From Minisyncoccota bacterium (GTDB taxonomy: Bacteria; Patescibacteriota; Minisyncoccia; Phycocordibacterales; Phycocordibacteraceae): DNA of 64,000 nucleotides. Under the pieces are notes generated by a model, which saw nothing but the letters and a program-made list of their open reading frames with translations, made no database searches and was not told where the DNA came from. Made by a program: the position numbers and the translations under genes. The stretch covers positions 21,292 to 85,291 of the forward strand of contig DASZTF010000148.1 in the NCBI GenBank assembly GCA_035548315.1. The letters are read 5' to 3'. This document shows, piece by piece, positions 41,464-50,623 of the stretch (position 1 is its first letter; each line of letters starts with the position of its first letter).

Positions 41464-42600
41464 ATGCATAATCCAGTGATAGTGGACGGGAAGACGATGT
41501 CCTTTTTCATCCGTCGCCCGTCGAACTTCCACGCACACCTGCGCCGCGACGAACTCATGCGCGCGATCGCGAAACATCTCATGCAGTACGTGCTGTATCT
41601 GCTCGTGATGCCGAACACCGGGCCTATCAAGACCCTGGCAGAGGCGCTCGCCCACTACGACGAGCTCATGGAGATCGCACGTACTGAAGGCCTCACGAAG
41701 CTGGTACTCATCATGACGCTCTACCACACGGCGGAGATCAATGCCGAGGTGATCGAAGCGATGGCCAAGCATGCGGTGACGTTTGCAATCAAGCACTATC
41801 CGCCGGCAAAGGGCCTGACCACGGGAAGCGGGCTCAGCCTCCCGCTCGATGATCCGCGCAGCGCGTATATGCTCGACAGCATGGCGGCGAACGGCATCCG
41901 TCTCCTCGGTCACTTCGAAGATGCGGTGGACAAATACAATCGCCCACTCCATCCGACCGAAGGCGAAGCGCACTACGTCACGAACAAGCTGTGGCGCATC
42001 CGCGATCGTCATCCGGACCTGTTGATCAGCTGCGAGCACGCGAGCGTCAGGGAAACGGTCGAGTTCGTGAAAGCGGACACGAGCGGCAGGACGGTGCTCA
42101 CGGCCACGCCGCAGCACTCGCTCTGCACGGTGAACGACCTCGAAACGTCGTGGGGCCACTTGCTCAAATGCAAGCCGTACCCGCAGACCGAAGAGAACCG
42201 CGCGGTCATCGATGCGTTCATCACCTCGGGTGACTTCCGGGCCATCGCAGGCGATGACACGGCCGCTCATCTGATGAGCCTCAAGACGGCTGGGTTCGAA
42301 AAGGCACCATTCGGTGCGTTCTGGACGTGGCACAGCATCACTGCCTACGCGAAGGTCTTCGAGCGTGCGGGTGCGCTCCATAACCTGGAGAAGTTCCTAT
42401 CTCTCAATGGCCCGCGCTGGTGGGGACTGCCCGAGCCGGCGAATGATGACATGGTCGAGATCTATCGCGAGACCGTGTACGACATCCCGGATCCGGTTCC
42501 TGTGCCGGCGTTGAACGACAGCGTGCTCCCGGTCGGCTGGAGTACTCAGCCGGATCGGCTTCAGATCGGCTGGGGCATTCGCGAAAGGCTCGCTGCATAA
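41464..42600 (+). CDS. pyrC: Dihydroorotase (homodimeric type)
   Basis: …RRPSNFHAHLRRDE… (D-x-H-x-H-L-R metal-binding motif); 378 aa. Confidence 0.75.
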   Translation: MHNPVIVDGKTMSFFIRRPSNFHAHLRRDELMRAIAKHLMQYVLYLLVMPNTGPIKTLAEALAHYDELMEIARTEGLTKLVLIMTLYHTAEINAEVIEAMAKHAVTFAIKHYPPAKGLTTGSGLSLPLDDPRSAYMLDSMAANGIRLLGHFEDAVDKYNRPLHPTEGEAHYVTNKLWRIRDRHPDLLISCEHASVRETVEFVKADTSGRTVLTATPQHSLCTVNDLETSWGHLLKCKPYPQTEENRAVIDAFITSGDFRAIAGDDTAAHLMSLKTAGFEKAPFGAFWTWHSITAYAKVFERAGALHNLEKFLSLNGPRWWGLPEPANDDMVEIYRETVYDIPDPVPVPALNDSVLPVGWSTQPDRLQIGWGIRERLAA

Positions 42601-42671
42601 ACAAAAGTGCATCAAACCCCAGGAAGAGACACTTGTCTCGACCTGGGGTTCGTTGTTTCTATGCGCGCCCA

Positions 42672-42680
42672 TGGTAGAGT
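42672..42680 (+). promoter_or_regulatory. Extended -10 promoter element TGGTAGAGT (part of repeated GTGGTAGAGTGCGC motif)
   Basis: Same 14-mer occurs at 41409-41422 upstream of pyrC; related copies at 40336-40349 and upstream of tRNA-Ser. Confidence 0.45.
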
Positions 42681-42707
42681 GCGCTGGTACCGTAAAGGGA
42701 GGGTGCT

Positions 42708-42836
42708 ATGACGACGTTATTGGGGCGTATGCGTCCCGAACGCATGTCGTTCGGTGCAGTACTTGTTCTGTCTGTTGCGTTTTGGGTCTCGGAGAAGTGC
42801 GACACCGTCGTACGGCTGTTCCGGAAACAGAAATAA
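42708..42836 (+). CDS. Unlisted small ORF: 42-aa single-TM peptide MTTLLGRMRPERMSFGAVLVLSVAFWVSEKCDTVVRLFRKQK
   Basis: Strong Shine-Dalgarno AGGGAGGG 5 nt upstream, own promoter and own terminator; hydrophobic core plus basic C-tail. Confidence 0.5.
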   Translation: MTTLLGRMRPERMSFGAVLVLSVAFWVSEKCDTVVRLFRKQK

Positions 42837-42854
42837 CTCCGACCTCTATGCGAA

Positions 42855-42890
42855 ACGCCCCGGCCATTTCTGGTCCGGGGCGTGCTTTTT
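42855..42890 (+). terminator. Intrinsic terminator (acgccccgg…ccggggcgt + cttttta) oriented for the + strand
   Basis: Immediately abuts the ftsH stop codon on the opposite strand. Confidence 0.55.
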
Positions 42891-42891
42891 A

Positions 42892-44871
42892 TTAAATCGC
42901 CATCGGGTCTTCGAGACCGCCGGCAGTGCCCGGTGCGATGGTGATGCCCTCGTCGTACGCCTCTGGCTTCTTGGGCTCGATGCCATTCAAGAGGAGAAGC
43001 TTCTCGAAGTCCTCGCGCTCGATGGTCTCCACCTCCACCAGCTTCTTGGCGATCGAATCGAGCGCCTTGCGGTGATCTTTGAGCACCTTGGTCGCGCGGA
43101 CGCGCGCGTCTTCCAAGATGCGGGTGACTTCCTCGTCGATCTTCGCCGCGATTTCCTGCGAGTACTTCGCGCCGCCGAACTCCGTCTGGTCTGCGGCGAA
43201 TGCTACCGGGCCCACTTTGTCCGACATGCCGTAGCGGCCCACCATATCCCGCGCGAGCGCAGTGATGACGGCGAGGTCGTTACTCGGACCGGTCGTGAGA
43301 TCATCGAACACCATTTCTTCCGCCACATACCCGCCGAGCGTGCCCGCGATGTCGTCGAGGAAGCGCTTGCGCGACTGCATCTTCTTATCATCGAATGGCA
43401 GCTTGAGGGTGTACCCCGCTGCCCTACCGCGACTTATGATGGAAATTTTATGCACCGGATCGGCGTGCGGGAGCACAGATGACACGAGTGCGTGGCCCGC
43501 TTCGTGATACGCCGTGAGCTCCTTCTCGCGCTTATTCAGCAAATGCGACTTGCGCTCGGGACCGAGCATCACCTTCTCGATAGAGCGGATGAGGTCGTAC
43601 TGCGTGATCTCCTTGCGGCTCTCGCGTGCAGCGAGGATGGCCGCTTCATTCATAAGCGAGTAGAGTTCCGCACCCGAGAATCCTGGCGTACGCTCGGCGA
43701 TCACCGAGAGGTTCACATCGGCGCCGAACGGCTTCTTACGCGCGTGGATCTTCAGGATGTCTTCGCGATCCTTGCGGTCCGGAAGATCAATCACCACACG
43801 GCGGTCGAATCGTCCGGGGCGCAGGAGCGCCGGGTCGAGCACGTCCGGGCGGTTGCTTGCCGCCATCACGATCACCTTCTCCGTGGGCTCGAATCCATCC
43901 ATCTCCACGAGAATCTGGTTGAGCGTCTGCTCGCGCTCGTCGTTCCCGCCGCCCACGCCCGTGCCACGCACGCGGCCCACCGCATCGATCTCATCGACGA
44001 AGATAATTGCCGGCGCTGCGCGCTTGGCCATCTGGAAGAGGTCGCGCACGCGCGAGGCACCCACACCCACAAACATCTCCACGAACTCTGATCCGCTGAT
44101 GGAAAAGAACGGCACGCCTGCTTCTCCCGCGACCGCGCGTGCAAGCAGCGTCTTACCGGTGCCCGGCGCACCCATGAGGATGATGCCCTTCGGGATGCGT
44201 GCACCGATATCGAGGAATTTCTTAGGATTCCGCAGGAAATCTACAATTTCTACCAACTCTTCCTTTGCTTCCTTCGCGCCCGCGACATCGGCGAACGTCA
44301 CGCGTTGCGAGGTATCGGCAGGATCGATCATGCGCGCCTTACTCTGGCCGAAGGTGAATGCCTGCATGCCCGCGCCACGCACCTGGCGCGTGAGGAACCA
44401 GAACAGCACGCCGAGGAAGATCACGGGGAGGATGAACGGTGCGAGCGTCACGAACCAGAACTTCCATCCGGTATCACTTGCGATGGTGATGTCGACCTTC
44501 CCGAGCTGCTCGGGAGTGACGCCGTAGGTGGCGAGCGTCTCCGGAAGTCCGGTCGAGGGATCTTTGGTGGAATCTTTCTCACCGCCGTTCACGTAATCGA
44601 CCGTGAGGCTGTCGCCGTCTACCGTGACCGACTTCACGCTACCTGCTTTCACATCTGCCGCCACCTGCGAGAGCGGGATGGTCTGGGTCTTGCTGCCCGA
44701 CGTCGCGATGAGCGTGTATGCGCTCATGAGGATGAGGAATATGAGGATGGTGGAGATGAGGTTCGCCATGAAGCCTCCCCCGCCCGGTAGGAATCGGCGC
44801 GGATCGCGCGGGCCCGGAACCTTGGATTTCTTGGACTGCTTCTTGTTGTTCGGTGCGGTCGGTGCAGGCAT
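42892..44871 (-). CDS. ftsH: ATP-dependent zinc metalloprotease FtsH
   Basis: 2 TM helices, AAA Walker A GPPGTGKT, SRH, HEAGH zinc motif; 659 aa. Confidence 0.93.
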   Translation of the reverse strand: MPAPTAPNNKKQSKKSKVPGPRDPRRFLPGGGGFMANLISTILIFLILMSAYTLIATSGSKTQTIPLSQVAADVKAGSVKSVTVDGDSLTVDYVNGGEKDSTKDPSTGLPETLATYGVTPEQLGKVDITIASDTGWKFWFVTLAPFILPVIFLGVLFWFLTRQVRGAGMQAFTFGQSKARMIDPADTSQRVTFADVAGAKEAKEELVEIVDFLRNPKKFLDIGARIPKGIILMGAPGTGKTLLARAVAGEAGVPFFSISGSEFVEMFVGVGASRVRDLFQMAKRAAPAIIFVDEIDAVGRVRGTGVGGGNDEREQTLNQILVEMDGFEPTEKVIVMAASNRPDVLDPALLRPGRFDRRVVIDLPDRKDREDILKIHARKKPFGADVNLSVIAERTPGFSGAELYSLMNEAAILAARESRKEITQYDLIRSIEKVMLGPERKSHLLNKREKELTAYHEAGHALVSSVLPHADPVHKISIISRGRAAGYTLKLPFDDKKMQSRKRFLDDIAGTLGGYVAEEMVFDDLTTGPSNDLAVITALARDMVGRYGMSDKVGPVAFAADQTEFGGAKYSQEIAAKIDEEVTRILEDARVRATKVLKDHRKALDSIAKKLVEVETIEREDFEKLLLLNGIEPKKPEAYDEGITIAPGTAGGLEDPMAI

Positions 44872-44941
44872 AGTAATGTCGATTCACTATACAACAGACG
44901 TTCTTGAGTATGAAGTGAAGGAACGATGCTATAGTCGACGC

Positions 44942-45388
44942 ATGGCGACACTCATTGCCTACAAAAAAGCCGGGCTCAAATACGAACGACTCGAGGAATT
45001 CGAGGCGGGTATTGAGCTTACCGGTGCAGAGGTAAAAGCAGTGAAAGCAAAGATGGGTCAGCTCGATGGCTCGCGCGTGGTGGTACGCGGCGGCGAAGCG
45101 TACCTCACCGGCGCCACCATCCCTCCCTACCAGGCAGCCAACACCCCGGAGAGCTACGACCCCGCTCGCTCTCGCAGGCTGCTCCTCAAGAAGTCCCAGG
45201 TGGCGCAGCTCGGCGATGCCGATGCAAAGAAAGGCTTGACAATAGTGCCAATTGAAATGTATAATAAGGGTGGCCTGGTGAAGGTGCGCGTGGCGATCGT
45301 GCGCGGTAAGGGTAAGGCCGACCGCCGCGAAGACCTTAAGAAAAAAGACGCCGACCGCGAAGCGCGGCGCATCCTCAAGCAACGGTAG
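44942..45388 (+). CDS. smpB: SsrA-binding protein
   Basis: …AYKKAGLKYERLEEFEAGIELTGAEVKA… C-terminal basic tail; TGcTATAGT extended -10 at 44921-44929, only about 12 nt from the ATG. Confidence 0.85.
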   Translation: MATLIAYKKAGLKYERLEEFEAGIELTGAEVKAVKAKMGQLDGSRVVVRGGEAYLTGATIPPYQAANTPESYDPARSRRLLLKKSQVAQLGDADAKKGLTIVPIEMYNKGGLVKVRVAIVRGKGKADRREDLKKKDADREARRILKQR

Positions 45389-45427
45389 CTCCCAGAAAGC
45401 AGATGAGCGCTGGCTCGTCTTCCTCCT

Positions 45428-45831
45428 GGGGGTGATCGGTTTCGACGGTCTGCTCCTTGAAAACGTGCGACGCCGTGCACGCCCGCTAGCCACGTCAATC
45501 CTTGCGGGCAAAATACTTGCAAACAAAACTGCAAGCGTGAAGTCGCCGTACTTCGGTATGAATGACTTCGCGTTCGCTCTCGCGTAAAAGCTTCGCGCTT
45601 TCGCCTAAGCGACGTTCGTATCTTCTGGATCTCATAGCAGAGGATATGGGCGGAATAATCTGTGAGATCGCCAGCAGGAATTTCCGACCCGCCGGCTAAA
45701 TAAGGAATAAGGCTGAGATGCTTTTGTCAGAGTTTTATATCTCAGTCCGAAAAAATAACTCTGACTACGCGTCGTAGATCCGTTTCAAGCGAACATTCTC
45801 GGACGGGGGTTCAATTCCCCCCGCCTCCACC
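45428..45831 (+). ncRNA. ssrA: tmRNA (ssrA)
   Basis: 5' GGGGGTGATCGGTTTCGACGG…; 3' …GGACGGGGGTTCAATTCCCCCCGCCTCCACC; acceptor GGGGGTG/CGCCTCC. In-frame tag reading …ANKTASVKSPYFGMNDFAFALA-stop. Confidence 0.85.
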
Positions 45832-45840
45832 TAGTTTCAT

Positions 45841-45866
45841 AAAAGCACCCTCGCGGGTGCTTTTAT
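45841..45866 (+). terminator. Terminator hairpin after tmRNA (aaaagcaccc-tcgc-gggtgctttt)
   Basis: Perfect 10-bp stem + T-tract. Confidence 0.6.
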
Positions 45867-46011
45867 GTTGGTGCAGCTTAGCGGATTGGAGGTTCTAACT
45901 TTCTGTAGAAACGTCTGAAAACCGGCTAAATTCTCTCCCCCCCCCACCTCTCGCGAAACACTTTAAAAAGAAAAGCCGTTCACCACACGGCTTTTTCGGT
46001 AAGTGAACGGC

Positions 46012-46263
46012 TCATGCTGCCGTGATGATGTCGCGCACCATCTCTTCGGCGGTCGCCTGGGAGATGTATGCGATGGTGAAGCTCTTGGCGAGAAGCGCGA
46101 TGTCGGTCACACCCTGTCCGTGAAAATGCAGGACCTTCCGCCACGCATTGTCCACAATTTCCTTGACGTGACCTTTTCTCACGCCTTCGGGCATCGAACG
46201 TAACGCATCGGGTAAGGAGCCTTCAGACTCCGCCAGGGCCTTTTCGTACAGCACCTTTTTCAT
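46012..46263 (-). CDS. Small hypothetical protein (83 aa)
   Basis: Shine-Dalgarno AGGAGG 6 nt upstream. sigma70-like promoter (-35 TTGACA at 46330-46325, -10 TACTAT at 46308-46303) in the AT-rich spacer. Confidence 0.5.
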   Translation of the reverse strand: MKKVLYEKALAESEGSLPDALRSMPEGVRKGHVKEIVDNAWRKVLHFHGQGVTDIALLAKSFTIAYISQATAEEMVRDIITAA

Positions 46264-46419
46264 AGAACCTCCTGATGGAATGAACGAAATTCTTTAATGT
46301 AGATAGTACTCTATATACTATATTTGTCAAGTCTACTATCCAAATTCTTATAAAAAGGAGATTCTAAGCCTTAAATCCTAAGCATTAACTTTTATAAGAA
46401 ATTACCAAATCTTATAGAA

Positions 46420-46950
46420 TTAAGATTTGGCCAAATCTCTAGTTGAAGGTAGCCGGTATCTCGTTCCTCTTAGATATCCTGTTGAAGGAACAATCTGTAT
46501 AAGCAAACCCTGCGTTACCCAATTCTTTAGAATTTGAGTCATCTTATCTCTTTGCACAACACCAGTCACCTCTCGTGCCTCTTCGTTATTGATGTATTTA
46601 TGTTGCTCAAGGTATGCGGAAACCTTTTCCCATTCGGAAGCAATCTTCTGGTTGAGAAGAATGACGCGTAACGAATCTTGAAGTGATGGATACGTAAAGA
46701 AAATTGGAGGGTACAGGTGGTTTCCTTTCATTTCATTCCGCATTGCCGGAACACCTTCATTTTGATCAAGGTTTGGAGGTGATGGAAATTCTCTAAGGTG
46801 TTTAACCCCATGTGGATCGCAGTTCTTGAAGGGATTCACGCCCTTTGGGATATCGCGTATCGCGACGACACCCACGCCGTGCGTGGTCACCGCGAGCCGG
46901 CACCACACCTCGTCGAGTGATTCGAGAAACTGCTGCTTATTCATACCCAT
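46420..46950 (-). CDS. Hypothetical protein (176 aa) with C-terminal winged-helix-like segment; GC-rich N-terminal half, AT-rich C-terminal half
   Basis: MGMNKQQFLESLDEV…; C-terminus …EVTGVVQRDKMTQILKNWVTQGLLIQIVPSTGYLRGTRYRL (Fic/regulator-type wHTH-like). The start overlaps the TspO stop (TAATG). Confidence 0.4.
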   Translation of the reverse strand: MGMNKQQFLESLDEVWCRLAVTTHGVGVVAIRDIPKGVNPFKNCDPHGVKHLREFPSPPNLDQNEGVPAMRNEMKGNHLYPPIFFTYPSLQDSLRVILLNQKIASEWEKVSAYLEQHKYINNEEAREVTGVVQRDKMTQILKNWVTQGLLIQIVPSTGYLRGTRYRLPSTRDLAKS

Positions 46951-47348
46951 TACTGCGTATTCATCGCCGTCACGGTGAGCTGGAGGACGGAGGCGAATGA
47001 CGTCCAGAGCAGGTACGGGATGTTTATATACGCGACCCACGGCGCATACGGATAGATCATGACCATCGCCCAGATAAGGGTGGCCCATACGAGCAGCACG
47101 TCGATCGCCGCGAGCTTGAAGCTGCGCAGGCGGAACTGGATCGGGGTGAATGCGACGTTGAAAATAAGATTCAGCACGAATGGCAGCACGACGAACAGCG
47201 GGAATCCGGCCGTGAAATATGTGTACGCCACGTACCCGAATGAAATAGCGATCAGAATATAGAGCACCGTCCACACGGGGCCAAAGAGCCACGCGGGCGG
47301 CGCCCACGTAGGCTTCCGATAATTCTGGTATTGAGCTTCCGTACGCAT
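46950..47348 (-). CDS. tspO: TspO/MBR-family tryptophan-rich sensory protein
   Basis: …YRKPTWAPPAWLFGPVWTVLYILIAISFGYV…; 5 TM helices. Confidence 0.75.
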   Translation of the reverse strand: MRTEAQYQNYRKPTWAPPAWLFGPVWTVLYILIAISFGYVAYTYFTAGFPLFVVLPFVLNLIFNVAFTPIQFRLRSFKLAAIDVLLVWATLIWAMVMIYPYAPWVAYINIPYLLWTSFASVLQLTVTAMNTQ

Positions 47349-47350
47349 GA

Positions 47351-47722
47351 TTAATTCCCCCATCCTTTCTTCCACATAGCATAGACGGCAAACGTCACCG
47401 CAAGGAAGAAGAACGAGAGCGCGATTTCCCAGGCAGGGCTTGCCGCAAAGTAGTGACACGCTGCAGCACCCACGCAGTCGATCGCGTAGCCCGCGAAGGC
47501 CCATTCCTTAATGGTGCGCCAGCGGGTCTGGATGATTGCAAACGCAGCGAGTACTTTAGCCGTACCCACGATGGTCATCACGTAGAGCGGCATAGTGAGC
47601 TGCACGAATATTGCGACCCCCGCTGAGGTATGCACGATGCCCGCGACGCCATCGCCCAAGAGCCAGAGGCAGAAGAGCGCGGTAACCACCCAGTAGGTAA
47701 TGCGTTTTGCTTTTGGAGTCAT
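47351..47722 (-). CDS. DoxX-family membrane protein
   Basis: 4 TM helices; stop abuts the tspO start. Confidence 0.55.
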   Translation of the reverse strand: MTPKAKRITYWVVTALFCLWLLGDGVAGIVHTSAGVAIFVQLTMPLYVMTIVGTAKVLAAFAIIQTRWRTIKEWAFAGYAIDCVGAAACHYFAASPAWEIALSFFFLAVTFAVYAMWKKGWGN

Positions 47723-47793
47723 ACACGTAGTATAGCCGACACAAAAGAATCACCGCAGTACTGCGGTGATTCTTCTTACACTCGAGGGAATGC

Positions 47794-48420
47794 TTAGTCG
47801 AGCTTGAGGGTAGTGGCGACGCTCTCGATGAACGCCGGGGACGTGGTGCCCACAAGGACGAACGAGGAGAAGGTCGGGTACACGAACACGCCCTGGTAGC
47901 GGACCGGTGTCGCCGTGGTGTCGGTCGAGTTGAAGACATAGATCGGGCCGTACGTGCTGGTGCTCGTCGTGCCGGTCGTGAGGTTTTTCTTGGTGAGCGT
48001 CATGTTCACCACCTCACCCTTGGTGCTGCCCGTGGTGTACTCCGCCACGACAGGATTGGTGCAGGTGATGGTGAATCCTGCGCTATCGGAGCCGCAGAGG
48101 CTGCCGAGCTGCTTCTTTACGAATGCATCGAAGCTCACCGGCGCAGCGACATCCGGGTCGGACTTGTAGCGGACGACATCCACGAGTGGGATGAAGCCCG
48201 CGTTCTGATAGTTCTCACCGAGCGAAACGACGCCAGTCGCGTACTCCTTTGCTTCGTAGGTACGTGGGTACTCGAACGTAAAGTTACCCGACTGGAAGCT
48301 CGAGACTTCCGTGAGGATAGGACCGGGGCGCGTGCGGATGTAATGGTTCACCCCAAGCACGACCACGATAATGGCAAGAAGACCGACCAGATACCAGCGA
48401 TATTTCATGATGTATGACAT
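47794..48420 (-). CDS. Membrane-anchored extracytoplasmic protein (208 aa), hypothetical
   Basis: MSYIMKYRWYLVGLLAIIVVVLGV anchor. Confidence 0.5.
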   Translation of the reverse strand: MSYIMKYRWYLVGLLAIIVVVLGVNHYIRTRPGPILTEVSSFQSGNFTFEYPRTYEAKEYATGVVSLGENYQNAGFIPLVDVVRYKSDPDVAAPVSFDAFVKKQLGSLCGSDSAGFTITCTNPVVAEYTTGSTKGEVVNMTLTKKNLTTGTTSTSTYGPIYVFNSTDTTATPVRYQGVFVYPTFSSFVLVGTTSPAFIESVATTLKLD

Positions 48421-48561
48421 GCCCCCTATTCTGCCATGGGGAGGCCCGCTCGGGAAGTCCCTTCATGCTGGCTCCATGTAGGGTGGTGCATGGTGCTTTG
48501 AGCGCGCGTAGGGGCGGGTCCCCCCGCCCTGCCGGCGCTTATTCAGTAACACCACTTCCCC

Positions 48562-48864
48562 ATGGACACTCGTGAAAGCAATCTCGCCTGGTGGATCGCC
48601 GGCATTCTGCTCATCCTGCTTATCATCGTGGGCTACCTCTGGCTTTCAGAGAAACAGAGCCTCCCGACCGTGCTTGAAAATGGCCAGTCGGCTATCGCTG
48701 CCGAGCGCGACCAGATCGAGCAAGACTGTCACCCCGACATGAAGTCCGCTGCCTGCCAGCAGGATCTCTCGGACCTCTCGAGCATCCTTGCGCAGTTCAG
48801 CACCGACATCCAGAACGCATCGACGACCGCTTCGACGACCACGTCGGGCAGCATGGGCTACTAA
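48562..48864 (+). CDS. Small anchored protein (100 aa), hypothetical
   Basis: TM anchor + helical domain with a Cys pair. Confidence 0.4.
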   Translation: MDTRESNLAWWIAGILLILLIIVGYLWLSEKQSLPTVLENGQSAIAAERDQIEQDCHPDMKSAACQQDLSDLSSILAQFSTDIQNASTTASTTTSGSMGY

Positions 48865-48952
48865 TTTGATTTGACGCAGGAAACCGCGCGGCCCAGGGGC
48901 CCGCGCGGTTTCCTATTCCCCAATTTTGTGCTAGAATGAGAGCTCCAACGCT

Positions 48953-49525
48953 TTGACGCAAGAACCTGTACGCATCAATAGAGAGATCCGCGCGAAGGAA
49001 CTTCGCGTGGTCGGCGCCGAGGGAGAAAACCTCGGTGTGCTTCCCTTTGCCGAGGCGCTCCGCGTGGCTGAAACGGCCGGCCTCGACCTCATCGAGATCA
49101 GCCCGAACGCCGTCCCCCCGGTTGCGAAAGTGATGGATTATGGTAAATTCGAATACGAACGGAGCAAGAAGGAGAAGGCCGTAAAGGCCAAGGCCAAGGT
49201 CTCGGAGACCAAGGAAGTGCAGATCAAGGTGGGTACCGGCGAGAACGACATGAAGCTCAAGGCCAAGAAGGCCGCTGAGTGGCTCGCCGAGGGACACCGC
49301 GTCCGCGCGGAGCTCTTCCTCAAGGGCCGTTACAAGGGCATGGACGAGGCGTTCCTCAAGTCCCGGCTCGAGAAATTCCTCGTTCTGATCCCGTACGCCT
49401 ACAAGATGGCGGAACCGGTGACCAAGAGCCCGAAGGGGTTCGCCGGCGTCATCGAACGGGACCAACAAGCGCAAGCGAAGCGCGAAAAATCGCAAGAGAA
49501 ACCGCAACCAACCCATGAAAACTAA
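48953..49525 (+). CDS. infC: Translation initiation factor IF-3
   Basis: …INREIRAKELRVVGAEGENLGVLPFAEALRVAETAGLDLIEISPNAVPPVAKVMDYGKFEYE…. Confidence 0.9.
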   Translation: MTQEPVRINREIRAKELRVVGAEGENLGVLPFAEALRVAETAGLDLIEISPNAVPPVAKVMDYGKFEYERSKKEKAVKAKAKVSETKEVQIKVGTGENDMKLKAKKAAEWLAEGHRVRAELFLKGRYKGMDEAFLKSRLEKFLVLIPYAYKMAEPVTKSPKGFAGVIERDQQAQAKREKSQEKPQPTHEN

Positions 49526-49712
49526 CAAGTCATACACCAAGCGCGTCCGCGTCACCAAGAACGGCAAACTTATTGCACGCAAGCCGGGTCAGAACCATTT
49601 CAATGCAAAAGAGCGCAGCAACACCAAGGGTGCTAAGCGCCGCGCGGTTTCGCTTGCGGTTTCTAACCGCGTGCTCCGCCGCTTCTTCCCGGGTACCAAG
49701 GTCGCTAAGTAA
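49515..49712 (+). CDS. rpmI: 50S ribosomal protein L35
   Basis: MKTNKSYTKRVRVTKNGKLIARKPGQNHF…. Confidence 0.88.
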   Translation: MKTNKSYTKRVRVTKNGKLIARKPGQNHFNAKERSNTKGAKRRAVSLAVSNRVLRRFFPGTKVAK

Positions 49713-49723
49713 CCTACTAATAT

Positions 49724-50071
49724 ATGTCACGAGTCAAAGGAGGAGTTATCGCCGCTAAGCGCCGCCGTTCGGTGCTGAAGCGCGCCAAGGGCTACCGCGG
49801 TATCCGCTCCAAGAAGGAGCGTTTCGCGAAGGAAGCGTTGGTCCACGCCGGCAAGTCCCAGTTCAACGACCGCCGTGCGAAGAAGACCGATTTCCGCCAG
49901 CTCTGGATCGTCCGCGTGAATGCTGCGGTCCGCGAGAACGGCTTCAAGTCGTACTCGAGCTTCATGAACAAGCTCAAGAAAGCGCGTATCGAGCTCGACC
50001 GCAAGTCCCTCGCCACCCTCGCGAAGGACCACCCAGAGACCTTCGCCCGCATCGTCAAGCAGGTCGCGTAA
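49724..50071 (+). CDS. rplT: 50S ribosomal protein L20
   Basis: MSRVKGGVIAAKRRRSVLKRAKGYRG…; followed by terminator aaaaccgcccc-ttac-ggggcggtttt (about 50094-50120). Confidence 0.9.
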   Translation: MSRVKGGVIAAKRRRSVLKRAKGYRGIRSKKERFAKEALVHAGKSQFNDRRAKKTDFRQLWIVRVNAAVRENGFKSYSSFMNKLKKARIELDRKSLATLAKDHPETFARIVKQVA

Positions 50072-50119
50072 GCACCCGCTTCCCCGCTCCAAGCAAAACC
50101 GCCCCTTACGGGGCGGTTT

Positions 50120-50623
50120 TCATTTCACTGCTCGGTATCGCTCTTCGATAACCCCCTGGCCAATATCCGTTTTTGAAATGAGAGCAAAGTTTACGAATGT
50201 ATCCCCTGGAAATGGTTCCATGCCCTTCCCTATCGGCAGAGGAAGTCGATGCAGAACGATAAAATCAACACTGCCAGCTTCGAGAAATCTCTTGTTGGTT
50301 TCTGGTCCGCTTGATAACAAGAGGTTATTGCTCGAAGCCTCTGCGTCTCGCACTGAATGCGCGAGCACGTAAACTGGTTTTACGGCGGTTGCGTGATTGC
50401 TGCTGAGCACAATCTTTCTCAGAGCAAGCTGCTCGAACGGGTTCAGAAGTTCTGTCGGATATTTTTGTATTGCTTCATATGTTTTCCGTCCCATGACGAT
50501 CGCATCGTAGTTCTTGAGGAACGCGAGCGTCGTGGCCCAGAGCGTATCGGGTATGAAGTGCTCCAATCCGTTCTCATCGGCAATGAATCCATCACTAGAT
50601 ACGACGTTGAAAAGCGTGATCAT
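50120..50623 (-). CDS. Dihydrofolate reductase-like protein (RibD C-terminal domain family)
   Basis: MITLFNVVSSDGFIADENG…DAIVMGRKTYEAI…; ATGA overlap with the upstream gene. Confidence 0.7.
   Translation of the reverse strand: MITLFNVVSSDGFIADENGLEHFIPDTLWATTLAFLKNYDAIVMGRKTYEAIQKYPTELLNPFEQLALRKIVLSSNHATAVKPVYVLAHSVRDAEASSNNLLLSSGPETNKRFLEAGSVDFIVLHRLPLPIGKGMEPFPGDTFVNFALISKTDIGQGVIEERYRAVK

Noticed and set aside
42754-43482. 242-aa + strand ORF beginning inside the sORF region and running antisense through the ftsH 3' end
   Set aside because: It crosses a strong + strand terminator and is antisense to ftsH. It is a frame artefact.
45900-45960. Possible attR-like direct repeat of the tmRNA 3' end (TCTCCCCCCCCCACCTC versus TTCCCCCCGCCTCCACC)
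   Set aside because: Similarity is short and dominated by a C homopolymer. There is no integrase or other mobile-element gene, so it is reported only as a C9 tract, not as an att site.
46420-47391. Listed 323-aa ORF spanning the AT-rich gene and the tspO region
   Set aside because: The upstream two-thirds is an out-of-frame read-through of the tspO coding region (TspO is encoded in another frame on the same strand). Only the part from Met at 46950 is plausible.
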